This document shows positions 11,669-21,743 of a DNA stretch of 64,000 nucleotides, one piece after another. Source of the stretch: an uncultured Acidobacteriota bacterium (GTDB lineage: Bacteria > Acidobacteriota > Vicinamibacteria > Vicinamibacterales > CAVVIG01). A program made the translations under genes and the position numbers. The stretch spans positions 15,233 to 79,232 of the forward strand of contig CAVWHY010000010.1 of assembly GCA_963754955.1 (NCBI GenBank). Direction: 5' to 3'. How positions within the stretch are numbered: position 1 is the stretch's first letter; every line of letters begins with the position of its first letter. The notes under the pieces are model-generated. The model saw nothing but the letters and a program-made list of their open reading frames with translations, searched no databases and was not told where the DNA came from.

Positions 11669-11677
11669 GGCTGCCCC

Positions 11678-12604
11678 ATGCCGTTCAAGGACGTGATCGA
11701 TGGCGGCACGCACGCGGGGCTGCGGCGTCTCGTCGCCCTTCTCGCGCGCTCGGTGCATCGCGAGGCGCTCCCGCCGAGCCTGATCTTCTCAGGTCCCGCC
11801 GGAGCGGGTAAGCGCGAGACGGCGGTGGCCACGGCGCAGGCGCTCAACTGCCTGTCGCCAAGTGGCGAGGGCGAATTGCGCGACGCGTGCGGCACGTGCG
11901 CGGCCTGCCTGCGCATTGCGCGCGGCGTTCACCCGGACGTGATCGTCGTCGAGCCGGGGGATACCGGGTCGATCAAGATCGAGCAGGTTCGCGATGTGAT
12001 CGACCGCGCCGGCTACCGCCCGTTCGAAGGCCGGCGGCGCGTCGTCATCATCACCGAGGCTGACGCGATGGCGGCATCGCCGCAGAACGCGCTGTTGAAG
12101 GTGCTCGAAGAGCCACCGCCCTCGTCCGTGTTCATCCTGATCACGGCGCGTCCGGACATGCTGCTGCCGACCGTGCGGTCGCGCTGCCAGCATCTGCGGT
12201 TTCACGTGTCCGGTCAGGGCGCTATCGACGCCGAGGCACGCGACGTAGCGTGGCGCGTGCTGGAAGCTGCGGCAGCGAGCGCCGACCCGCGCCAGCGGAT
12301 CGAGGCGGCGAAGGATCTGCTGAAAGGAACCGGCGGCGGTAACAGCGGGGCCGAGGATCGCGCTCAGCTGGGTTCACACCTGCACGCCATGGCATCGCTG
12401 CTGCGCGATTTCGAGCTGTTGTCCACCCGGGCGTCTGTCGCGCTGGCCAACGAAGATCTGCAGCCCGAGCTCGACCGTCTGTCGGCGGCGTACGGCAGCC
12501 GGCGGGCCATGACCGCTTACGGAGCCGTCGATCAGGCGCTGGTAGCCCTCGACTGCAACGCCAGCGTCAAGATCGTGGCCGACTGGCTCGTCCTGCAGCT
12601 GTAA
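11678..12604 (+). CDS. holB: DNA polymerase III subunit delta'
   Basis: GPAGAGK, C..CGTCAAC zinc module, HPDV, NALLKVLEEPP, TVRSRC. Confidence 0.9.
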   Translation: MPFKDVIDGGTHAGLRRLVALLARSVHREALPPSLIFSGPAGAGKRETAVATAQALNCLSPSGEGELRDACGTCAACLRIARGVHPDVIVVEPGDTGSIKIEQVRDVIDRAGYRPFEGRRRVVIITEADAMAASPQNALLKVLEEPPPSSVFILITARPDMLLPTVRSRCQHLRFHVSGQGAIDAEARDVAWRVLEAAAASADPRQRIEAAKDLLKGTGGGNSGAEDRAQLGSHLHAMASLLRDFELLSTRASVALANEDLQPELDRLSAAYGSRRAMTAYGAVDQALVALDCNASVKIVADWLVLQL

Positions 12605-12670
12605 TCGGCGCCCGACCCGGCTCCGCTCTCCCCCATGTCCGATCGAGCTTCGGCGCGGCCGGCGACTCGA

Positions 12671-12723
12671 ACTGCTAATTGCTGACTGCCGACTGCCGAC
12701 TGCCGACTGCCGACTGCCGACTG
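12671..12723. repeat. Heptamer tandem repeat ACTGCCG (5 perfect + 2 degenerate units)
   Basis: actgcta attgctg (actgccg)x5 actg; reverse complement of the CAGTCGG family. Confidence 0.92.
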
Positions 12724-12727
12724 TGTA

Positions 12728-12733
12728 TATAGT
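12728..12733 (+). promoter_or_regulatory. -10 box TATAGT 6 nt before GTG start (leaderless-type)
   Basis: TANNNT hexamer, no Shine-Dalgarno before 12740. Confidence 0.5.
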
Positions 12734-12739
12734 GTCCCT

Positions 12740-13516
12740 GTGAGCGTTGCTCCCACGGTTCGCCTCGTCTCGGTCAAGCTGTCGCCGGTGGGGCGGCCGC
12801 ATACCTATGTGTCGCCGAACCTGCCCGGCGGCCAGGTGCCGCGCCCGGGCGATGCCGTCGTGGTGCAGGCGGAGGGCGGGGCGGCGGTCGGCACGCTGGT
12901 CCGCTCGATTCCACAGACCGTGGAGCGGCGCCAGCACGCCGGAGACACCCAGCCTCCGCGGCTGGTGCGTATTGCCACCCACGACGACATCGTGACGCGC
13001 GCGAAGCACGAACAGCGCGAGCGTGAAGCGCACCGCATCGCGATGCTGAAGATCCGCGAGCGCGGGCTCGGCATGAAGGTCACGAAGGTCGAGCAGTTGT
13101 TCGACGGGTCGCGCCTCGTGTTTTACTTCACGGCGGACGGCCGCGTGGATTTCCGCGAGCTTGTCCGCGAGCTGGCCACCGAGTTCCGGACGCGTATCGA
13201 AATGCGACAGATCGGCGTGCGCGACGAGGCGAAGATGATCGGCGGCTACGGCACGTGCGGGCGTCCGCTGTGCTGCACGACCTTTCTGACGTCCTTCGAG
13301 CCCGTGTCGATCAAGATGGCCAAGCAGCAGGACCTCAGCTTGAACCCGTCGAAGCTCTCGGGGTTGTGCGGTCGGCTGAAGTGCTGCCTGCGCTACGAGC
13401 TCCCGAACGCAAAAGGCGTCGCCCACGGCGGCTGCGGCAGCGAGGGTGGCTGTGACAACCCCTCGGGCTGCGGAAGCGGCGGCGGCTGCGGCTCCAGCTG
13501 CGGCTGCACGACCTGA
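12740..13516 (+). CDS. ricT: PSP1-domain protein / RicT (YaaT) with Cys-rich C-terminal tail
   Basis: FYFTADGRVDFRELV, QIGVRDEAK, CGRPLCC, KLSGLCGRLKCCL; follows holB as in the conserved holB-yaaT order. Confidence 0.88.
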   Translation: MSVAPTVRLVSVKLSPVGRPHTYVSPNLPGGQVPRPGDAVVVQAEGGAAVGTLVRSIPQTVERRQHAGDTQPPRLVRIATHDDIVTRAKHEQREREAHRIAMLKIRERGLGMKVTKVEQLFDGSRLVFYFTADGRVDFRELVRELATEFRTRIEMRQIGVRDEAKMIGGYGTCGRPLCCTTFLTSFEPVSIKMAKQQDLSLNPSKLSGLCGRLKCCLRYELPNAKGVAHGGCGSEGGCDNPSGCGSGGGCGSSCGCTT

Positions 13517-13532
13517 CACTCGGCGACCACAC

Positions 13533-14402
13533 GTGAAGCCCAGAATCGCGATAACCGAAGGCGACCCCGCCGGGATCGGGCCAGAGATCGCGCGCCGCGC
13601 GGCCGCCGATGCTCGGGTGCTTGCGGTCTCCGAGCCCGTGCTCTACGGCGCCGATGACGGCGAACGGTTCGCGCCCGGCGTCCTTGCCGCCGAAGCCGGC
13701 CGCGCCGCGTACGACGCCATTGTCCGCGCCACGGCCGACGCGCAGCGTGGCGCGGTACAGGCGATCGCGACGGCGCCCATCAACAAGGAGGCGTTGCGCC
13801 TTGCCGGCTTGCCGTGGAACGGCCACACCGACCTGCTCGCGCACCTCACAGGCGCCGCTCACGTCGCGATGATGTTCTATTCCGACGAGCTGCGCGTCGT
13901 GCTCGCCACGGTGCACGTGCCGCTCGCCGACGTCCCGGCGCTGCTGACGCAGTCCCTGATGGAACAGACGATCGCGCTGACGGCGTGCGAGCTGCCGAAA
14001 TTCGACAAGGTCGCGCCGCGGATCGCGGTGGCGGGCCTGAATCCGCATGCCGGGGAACACGGGCTGTTCGGCCGCGAGGAGGAGACGGCGATCGTCCCGG
14101 CGATCGCCCGCTGCCGCGAACGGGGCATCGACGTGTCCGGGCCGTTTCCCGGTGACACGGTGTTCGTGCGCGCGCGCCGCGGCGAGTTCGACGTCGTCAT
14201 CGCCTGTTACCACGATCAGGGGCTCATCCCGGTCAAGCTCGTCGCGTTCGGGCGGGCGGTCAACGTGACGCTCGGCCTGCCCATCGTGCGGACGTCCGTC
14301 GATCACGGCACCGCGTTCGACATTGCGGGCAAGGGCGCTGCCGACGCCGAGAGCATGGTCACGGCAGTGCTCCTGGCGGCGAGGCTCGCGAGGTCGGCGT
14401 GA
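13533..14402 (+). CDS. pdxA: 4-hydroxythreonine-4-phosphate dehydrogenase PdxA family
   Basis: [44 protein letters not shown]; GTG at 13533. Confidence 0.92.
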   Translation: MKPRIAITEGDPAGIGPEIARRAAADARVLAVSEPVLYGADDGERFAPGVLAAEAGRAAYDAIVRATADAQRGAVQAIATAPINKEALRLAGLPWNGHTDLLAHLTGAAHVAMMFYSDELRVVLATVHVPLADVPALLTQSLMEQTIALTACELPKFDKVAPRIAVAGLNPHAGEHGLFGREEETAIVPAIARCRERGIDVSGPFPGDTVFVRARRGEFDVVIACYHDQGLIPVKLVAFGRAVNVTLGLPIVRTSVDHGTAFDIAGKGAADAESMVTAVLLAARLARSA

Positions 14403-14878
14403 TGGCGGAAAGAACCGAGCGCGAGCTGGCGCAGGCCAACATCGCGGAAAACCGCAAGGCGTTTCACGACTATCACCTGCTCGAAACGTTCGAGGCCGGT
14501 GTCGCGCTGATGGGCACCGAGGTCAAGGCCATCCGCGAAGGACGCGTCAACCTGCGCGACAGCTACGCGCGCGTTGAAAACGGCGAGGTGTTCCTCTTCA
14601 ACGTCAACATCAGCCCCTACAGCCACCGCGGCTACGCCGAGCACGAGCCATTGCGGCGCCGGAAGCTGCTGCTGCACCGTCAGGAAATCCGCAAGCTGAT
14701 TGGCAAGACCGTCGAGCGCGGCATGACCCTCGTGCCGACGCGCCTCTACTTCAAGAAGGGCCGCGTCAAGGTGGCCATCGCGCTCGCCAAGGGCAAGAAA
14801 GAGTACGACAAGCGCGAGACCGAACGGCGGCGCGAGGCGGATCGCGAGACCCGCGCGGCCATCAAGTCGAGAAGATGA
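14402..14878 (+). CDS. smpB: SsrA-binding protein
   Basis: [32 protein letters not shown]. Confidence 0.97.
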   Translation: MAERTERELAQANIAENRKAFHDYHLLETFEAGVALMGTEVKAIREGRVNLRDSYARVENGEVFLFNVNISPYSHRGYAEHEPLRRRKLLLHRQEIRKLIGKTVERGMTLVPTRLYFKKGRVKVAIALAKGKKEYDKRETERRREADRETRAAIKSRR

Positions 14879-14906
14879 ACCACAAAGCTGAGGCCTTTGT
14901 GGTTCA
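14876..14906. repeat. Perfect 12-bp inverted repeat with 7-nt loop
   Basis: TGAACCACAAAG-ctgaggc-CTTTGTGGTTCA between smpB and DegT gene; no U-tract. Confidence 0.8.
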
Positions 14907-14915
14907 ATTACCCAG

Positions 14916-16050
14916 ATGTCGGTGAAGGTCCCCCTGCTCGATCTGCACGCGCAGTATCTGCCGCTTCGCGCGGAGATTCTCGCCGCGATTGAACGTGTCT
15001 GCGACAGCCAGCGGTTCATCATGGGGCCGGAGATCAGCGCGTTCGAGGAGGACATGGCGCGCACGCTCGGCGTGCGCCACGCTGTCTCCGTCTCGTCCGG
15101 CACTGACGCGCTGCTGCTCGCGCTGATGGCGCTCGACATCCGCGCCGACGACGAGGTCGTCACCTCCACGTACTCGTTCTTCGCGACGGCCGGCGCGATC
15201 GCCCGTCTCGGTGCGAAGCCGGTGCTGGTGGACATCGACGAGACCACCTTCAATCTCGATCCCGAGCGAATAGCTGCCGTGCTGACCCCTCGCACAAAGG
15301 CCATCATCCCGGTTCACTTGTTCGGGCTGAGCGCCGACATGGATCCGATTCTCGACGTGGCCGCGCGCGCATACGTGCCGGTCATCGAGGACGCCGCGCA
15401 GGCGATCGGCGCGTCGTACAAGTCCCGGCTGCTCGGCGGCCTGGGCACTGCGGGCTGTTTCTCGTTTTTCCCCAGCAAGAATCTCGGCGCCTTCGGCGAC
15501 GCGGGTCTCCTCGCGACCAACGACGATCGGCTGGCGAAACAGGCGCGGCTGCTGCGTACCCACGGCATGGAGCCCCGCTATTACCATCAAGCCGTGGGCG
15601 CCAATTTCCGGATGGACGCGCTGCAGGCGGCCATCCTCCGCGTCAAGGCGCCGCACCTGGCGGAGTGGACCGCGCGCCGCCGCGCGAACGCCGCGCGTTA
15701 TCGAACGCTGTTCAGGGACGCGGGGCTGCTCGACAGGATCACGCTGCCGAACGAACCGCCGGACCGCTGGCACATCTTCAACCAGTTCGTCATTCGAACC
15801 GCCGGACCGTGACGGGCTCAAAGCGCATCTCGACGACCGCGGCATCGGCACCGAGATCTACTATCCCGTGCCGTTTCACCTGCAGCCCTGCTTTGCGACC
15901 CTTGGCCACAGGCGCGGCGACTTTCCGCGCGCCGAGCGCGCCGCGGCCGAGAGCCTGGCGCTCCCGATCTACGGCGAGCTCGCTGCCGCGCAGCAGGAAG
16001 CGGTCGTCAGCGCCATCGGCGATTACGTCGTCGGCAGAGTCGGCGTGTGA
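14916..16050 (+). CDS. DegT/DnrJ/EryC1/StrS sugar aminotransferase, apparent frameshift near 15805
   Basis: [27 protein letters not shown] (PLP Lys); C-term [16 protein letters not shown] in next frame. Confidence 0.9.
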
Positions 16051-17321
16051 TCACCGGACCCACAGCCGCTCCGTCGCAGGGCGCGCCCGTGCCTGGCGGG
16101 AAAACGTCCACCAGCCGGATCCCCTCGCTCACGACGCAGATTCTCATCGGGCTCGTCGCGGGCGCTGTTCTCGGAGCTGCCTGGCCGGGAGCGGGAATCG
16201 CGGTCAAGCCGCTGGCCGACGCCTTCCTGCGGATGATCAAGATGATCATCGCGCCGCTCCTGTTTTCGACGCTCGTGGCCGGCATCGCCGGCGCCGGCGA
16301 TCTGAAAGCCCTCGGCCGCATTGGTTTCAAGGCGATCGTCTACTTCGAGGTCGCCACCACCGTCGCTCTGGCCATCGGCCTGGGGCTCGCCAACATCTTC
16401 AAGCCGGGTGCGGGCATCGTCATGCCGGCGGGAGACACCGCGACCGTCGCGGCCATTGCGAGGAACAGTCAGAGCGCCTGGGACATCTTCCTGCATCTGT
16501 TTCCCACGTCGGTCGTCGACGCGATGGCGCGCGGCGACATCCTGCAGGTGGTGGTGTTCGCCACGTTTTTCGGCGTCGCGCTCGCGGCCCTCGGGCCCGC
16601 TGGGCGGCCCGTGCTCGCGGTGTTCGAGAGCACGGCGCACGTGATGTTCACGTTCACGTCGTACGTGATGGTGTTCGCGCCGATCGGCGTGTTTGCGGCC
16701 ATCGCCGCGACGGTCGGCAGCAAGGGCCTCGGCGATTCTTCTGACGCTCGGCAAGGTTGTGGCGCTCATGTACGTCGGGCTCGCGCTCTTTATCGGGATC
16801 GTGATTCGTCGGCGTGTCGGTGCTCGTCGGCGTCCCGTTCCTGTCATTCCTGAAGGCTGTTCGCGAGCCGTGCCTCATCGCGCTCACGACGGCGAGTTCA
16901 GAAGCGGCGCTTCCGAAGGCGCTGCAGGTCATGGAACGCTTCGGCGTGCCGAAGAACATCGTCGTCGTTCGTGCTGCCGCTCGGCTACAGCTTCAACCTC
17001 GATGGGTCGACGCTCTACCTCTCGCTGGCGAGCGTGTTCGCGGCGCAGCTGGCCGGCGTGCCGATGACGGTGGGCCAGCAGCTCGTGATGATGCTGACGC
17101 TGATGCTCGCCAGCAAGGGCGTGGCCGGCGTGCCGCGGGCGGCGCTGGTGGTGCTGACGGCGACGCTGACGCAGTTCGATCTCCCGCTCGAGGGCGCGGC
17201 CGTCCTGCTCGGCATCGATCAGATCATGGACATGGGCCGTACGGCGGTGAACGTCATGGGCAATTGCATGGCCACGGTCGTGGTGGCGCGCTGGGAAGGC
17301 GTGCTGGAGAGGCCGGCCTGA
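16047..17321 (+). CDS. Dicarboxylate/amino acid:cation symporter (GltP/DctA family), about three apparent frameshifts
   Basis: FLRMIKMIIAPL, TASSEAALP, LPLGYSFNLDG, DMGRTAVNVMGN spread over four ORF-track fragments. Confidence 0.88.
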
Positions 17322-18188
17322 TGCGCATTGCCGTCGTCGGCGCGCGAGGTCAGCTCGGGACGGCGATCCTGCGCGAGTGCGAGGCCCGCCACGACGTGGT
17401 GGCGCTGGCGCGCGACACGCTCGACGTCGCGGACGACCGGGCGGTTGCGGCCGCGATGGCCCGAGTGCGGCCAGACGTGATCATCAACTGCGCGGCGTAC
17501 AACGACGTGGACGGCGCCGAGGACCATCCCGTCGATGCCCTGAACGCGAACGCGTTCGCCGTTCGCGCGCTGGCCCGTGCCGCGGCCGAGCACGGTGCGA
17601 CGCTCGTGCACTACAGCACGGACTTCGTATTCGACGGCACCGCCACCGCGCCTTACACGGAAACGCGATCAGCCCAACCCGAAGAGCACCTACGCCGCGT
17701 CAAAGCTCCTGGGGGAGTGGTTTGCGGCCGACGCGCCCCGCGCCTACGTGCTGCGCGTCGAGAGCCTGTTCGGCCGGGCAGAGGGCGGCGGACCGTCGAA
17801 GGGCAGCGTCGCGTCGATCGTGAAGACGCTGCTGGCCGGCGGGGAGGCGCGCGTGTTCGAGGATCGGACGGTGTCGGCCACTTACATCATCGACGCCGCG
17901 GCCGCCACGCTGCAGCTCGTGGAGAAGAACGCGCCGGCGGGCCTTTACCACTGCGTCAACAGCGGGCACTGCACGTGGCTCGAGTTCGCGCGGGAACTGG
18001 CGGCCCAGCTCGGCGTCGAACCGAGGCTTATGCCCGTGCGGATGACCGGCATGACGCTTCGCGCGCCGCGCCCTCTCTACTGCGCGCTGTCGACCGCGAA
18101 GATCGCAGCCGCCGGCGCGCCGATGCCGTCGTGGCAGGACGCGGTCCGCCGCTTCGCGGCGGAATGTAGAACGTCGAATGGCGAATGA
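17321..18188 (+). CDS. rfbD: dTDP-4-dehydrorhamnose reductase family, apparent frameshift near 17665
   Basis: [40 protein letters not shown]. Confidence 0.85.
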
Positions 18189-18217
18189 AGAATGCAGAAT
18201 GCAGAATGCAGAACGCA
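18162..18217. repeat. Heptamer tandem repeat, 8 x GAAYGNN (core GAATGCA)
   Basis: gaatgta gaacgtc gaatggc gaatgaa gaatgca gaatgca gaatgca gaacgca. Confidence 0.9.
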
Positions 18218-18227
18218 AGGACTCTCA

Positions 18228-18258
18228 ACCGCCGACTGCTGACTGTCGACTGCCGACT
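18228..18258. repeat. Heptamer tandem repeat, ACTGCCG family (4 units)
   Basis: accgccg actgctg actgtcg actgccg act, abutting the inferred stop of the minus-strand oxidoreductase. Confidence 0.85.
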
Positions 18259-19353
18259 TATCTCTCTTCGACGATCTTCCGCCACCATCTCACCGATCGC
18301 GAGGCAGGATGTCAGGCCGGGCGATTCGATGCCGGCTGCGTGGACGATTCGGGGGTTGTGGCGATCCCGGCGGATCAGGAAATCCGCGAACGAGTCGGAG
18401 GGCGGGTGCAGTTTCGGGCGAATCCCGCTGCCCGAGAGCCGCAGATCGGCAACCGTGACATTGGGCAGCAGTTGTGTCACCGCCTCCGCGAATTCCTCCA
18501 CCGGCAGACGGTCGCTTTCGTAGTCGTCTTTGCGGTCCTGATATTTCACCGTCGGGCCGAACCAGACGTTGCCCGCCGTCGATTTCGTGGCGTGGACGCC
18601 GAGGCCGTGGCCGGCGGCATGGGGCAGCGGGTACACGAGGCCATTGACCAGCGATCGCTTTGCGGGCACCAGCTCGGCGTACTCGCCGCGGACCGGGTAG
18701 ATCGTAAATGTCTCGCCGCCCAGCATCGCCGAGACCTCGTCCGCATAGAGGCCGGCCGCGTTGACGATCGCACCCGCGAGAATCGCTTCCCGGCCGGTGC
18801 GGATCTCGACGCCGTCCACGCGAACATCGGCGCCGGCGAGCGGGGTGCCCGGCAGGAAGATCACGCCGGCAGCTTCGCCGGCGCGCAGGAGCGCTCTGAC
18901 GAGCGCTTCGGCGTCCACGATGCCGGTCTCGGGCGAGAAGATGGCCGCGACCGCGCGAACGTTCGGCTCCCGTGCCGCGATGAACGCGCGGTCGACCATC
19001 TGAAGGCCTTCGACGCCGTTCTCGACGCCTCGGGTGAAGAGGGCTTCGAGCCTGGGGATCTCGCCGTCCTCGGACGCGATGATCAACTTGCCGCATCGAG
19101 CGTGCGGGACGGCGTGGGCCTGGCAGAAATCGAAGAGAAGCCGCCGGCCTTCGATGCAGAGCCGCGACTTGAGGGACCCGGCTGGATAGTAGATGCCGCC
19201 GTGAATGACGCCGCTGTTGTGCGTGCTGGTATCCAGGCCGGGGCGCGGGTGCCGCTCGAGGACGCACACCGATCGGCCGCGCGCCGCGAGCGCGAGGGCC
19301 GAGGCCAGGCCGGTAACGCCGGCGCCAATCACGGCGACGTCGATCCGCTCCAT
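18258..19353 (-). CDS. FAD-dependent oxidoreductase, L-2-hydroxyglutarate oxidase (LhgO)-like
   Basis: [48 protein letters not shown]; start overlaps upstream stop (ATGA); stop at 18258 inferred after a 1-nt error near 18280. Confidence 0.85.
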
Positions 19354-20649
19354 CAGCTGCGGTATCCGATGGCGGCGTAGTCGAAATACGTGAACAGCAG
19401 ATTGTTGAGAATTGCCGCGTTCGCGTTGACCGTTCGCGCCATCTGGGCCACCGCCGCCGCGTGGTCCCCGCCTGCCGCCGCGATGGCCGGTACGTCCACG
19501 GGCTGCATCTTCAGGTGCTCGGGCACCGGCTGGCTGTACTGAAGCGTCACGTTGACGAAGCCGTTCGCCTGCAGCAGGTACTGCAGCGTCTCCGGGTGCA
19601 CGGGCTGCGCGTGCGTGACGTCGCGGATGTAGCTGCTGAAGAACGCCAGCCAGCACGCCGGGTTGATGGTCTCGACGACGATTGGCGCGCCGGCGCGCAG
19701 CTTCTGAAAGGCGACGGCGAGCAGCCGGGACAGGTACGGCGGCGTCAGGTGTTCCACGACCTGCGCGGCCATCAGCCCCCCGAGCGGAGCCGTCGGGCAG
19801 CGTGTCGAGGAAGACGAGCGCATCCGCGTGCACCGCGTCCAGACCGCGCTCGCAGGCGGTCGCGACCATTTCCCGGTTCGTGTCCACGCCGCGAGCCTTC
19901 ACGCCGGCAGTGTTGAGCAACGCGAGAAATTCACCGCGCCCGCAGCCGATATCGAGCACGTCGGCTGCTCCGGCAAACAGCGGCACATACGCCCGCAGCT
20001 TCTCGCGAATCTCATCGTCGGAGCCACGAAACCGATCTTCGAAGGCGACGTACTGGTAGTCCGGGAGGTTCGAAAGGTTCGAGGGGTTCGCGCGGGGCTG
20101 CGCACTGCCGGCCGCCGGCTGCGGACTGCCGACTGCCGACTGCCGACTGCCCACTGCCGACTGCGGAGTGTCGCCTGTCCGCGTGAGCATCTGCGTCGCG
20201 CGCTGGAGCACGGCGAACTGCGTCCGCATTTCCGGGAGCTGGCCGAGCAGTTCGTCGTGCCGGTCAAGCCGCGCTGCCGCCGTTGCGGCGAGCAGTCGAT
20301 CCTTGCTCTCGACGAACGCGGTGATCTTCTGGAGGAAGATGATGAGCGCGGTCTCGAAACGCGCGAAGGCGACTTCGCGTTCCTGGTCGGTGAGCGCGAC
20401 GATAGCGTCCACCATGCGGTTGTCGAAGGTGCGCTGCCGCGCGAACACGGGGGCCAGCCAGCGGTGGACGATACGGAGCCAGGGCTTGTGCGGGCCGGCC
20501 GGCGGCGGCAGCACCGCGTCGGGCCACGGCGGGACGGGGCGGGGCGTTTCGTCGACCGGGATGAACGCGTGGTCGACCGCCGTCAGCGCGTCGTTGTAGA
20601 CGCGCTCCGCTTCGTCGGCTTCCTGCCGCAATCGATCGCTGTCGTCCAT
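19353..20649 (-). CDS. Class I SAM methyltransferase with N-terminal helical/coiled-coil region, apparent frameshift near 19790
   Basis: [43 protein letters not shown]; pattern seen in glycan-cluster methyltransferases. Confidence 0.85.
20066..20166. repeat. Intragenic repeats: 3 x 9-mer (RGGTTCGNN) plus about 9-10 x heptamer ACTGCCG
   Basis: Translates on minus strand as [35 protein letters not shown]. Confidence 0.9.
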
Positions 20650-20657
20650 CCGCCGCG

Positions 20658-20663
20658 ATTGTA
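20658..20663 (-). promoter_or_regulatory. -10 box TACAAT 8 nt before ATG of methyltransferase (leaderless-type)
   Basis: Minus strand GGTACAATCGCGGCGGATG. Confidence 0.55.
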
Positions 20664-20681
20664 CCCCGGTCGCGGAATGGC

Positions 20682-20711
20682 TTGACGGTCCGCCGGCGCG
20701 CCGCCTACAAT
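20682..20711 (+). promoter_or_regulatory. Putative sigma70 promoter of gmd
   Basis: TTGACG-N18-TACAAT in the 75-nt divergent intergenic region. Confidence 0.6.
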
Positions 20712-20724
20712 TTGAAGATCCCCT

Positions 20725-21718
20725 ATGACGAAACGCGCATTGATTACCGGCATCACCGGCCAGGATGGATCCTATCTTGCCGAGCTTCTGCTCGACAAAG
20801 GGTACGACGTCGTACGGGATGGTGCGGCGGTCGAGCGCCCCGAATCTCTGGCGCATCCAGCACATCGCCCATCGCGTGGTGCTCAGGCCTGCCGACCTGC
20901 TCGATCAGTTGTCGCTGCTGCGGCTGGTCGACGAGGTCCGGCCCACGGAAATCTACAACCTGGCGGCGATGTCATTCGTGCCGGCGTCGTGGGATCAGCC
21001 GATGCTGACGGGCGAGTTCAACGCCCAGGGCGTGACCCGTCTGCTCGACGCGGTGCGGCAGGTCGACACCCGCATCCGCATCTACCAGGCGTCGTCCAGC
21101 GAGATGTTCGGCAAGGTGCGCCAGGTGCCGCAGACCGAGCAAACGCCGTTCTATCCGCGGAGCCCGTACGGCGTGTCGAAGGTATTCGCGCACTACATCA
21201 CCGTGAACTACCGCGAGAGCTACAACCTGTTCGCCGTCTCCGGGATGCTCTTCAACCACGAATCGCCCAGACGGGGTCTCGAGTTCGTGACGCGCAAAGT
21301 CAGCGACGGCGTCGCGCGCATCAAGCTGGGGCTCGCCGACAGCCTGCCGATCGGCAACGTCGACGCGCAGCGCGACTGGGGATTCGCCGGCGACTACGTT
21401 CGGGCGATGTGGATGATGCTGCAGCAGGACCACCCGGACGACTACGTGATTGCCACGGGGGTCAGCCACTCGGTCCGCGAGCTGATTGAAATCGCCTTTG
21501 CCCGCGTCGGGCTCGACTGGCAGAAGTATGTCCGCGTCGACCCGGCGCTGCTGCGTCCGGCCGAAGTCGATCATCTCCTGGGCGATCCTGCGAAGGCGCG
21601 CGCGGAGCTGGGCTGGGCGCCCAGTGTGGACTTCAAACAACTGATCGAGATGATGGTGGACGCCGATCTGGCGCTGCTCGGCTCGTCGCCGCTGGCCGCG
21701 CGCGTCCCGGCGCGGTAA
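20725..21718 (+). CDS. gmd: GDP-mannose 4,6-dehydratase, apparent frameshift near 20815
   Basis: [53 protein letters not shown]. Confidence 0.95.
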
Positions 21719-21743
21719 ACAGTACGCCGTCAACAGTACGAAG

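Noticed and set aside
12671-12723. Tandem repeats as a CRISPR array
   Set aside because: 7-nt units without spacers and no cas genes.
14879-14915. tmRNA gene or integration site next to smpB
   Set aside because: Spacer is only 37 nt; no ssrA-like sequence or integrase.
16814-18169. Apparent symporter-RfbD fusion ORF
   Set aside because: Frameshift artefact; the symporter ends at 17321 where the rfbD ATG begins.
18028-20865. 945-aa ORF appearing to fuse a methyltransferase with an FAD oxidase
   Set aside because: Artefact of the frameshift near 19790. The methyltransferase C-terminus is in ORF 19353-19823 with its own stop overlapping the oxidase ATG.
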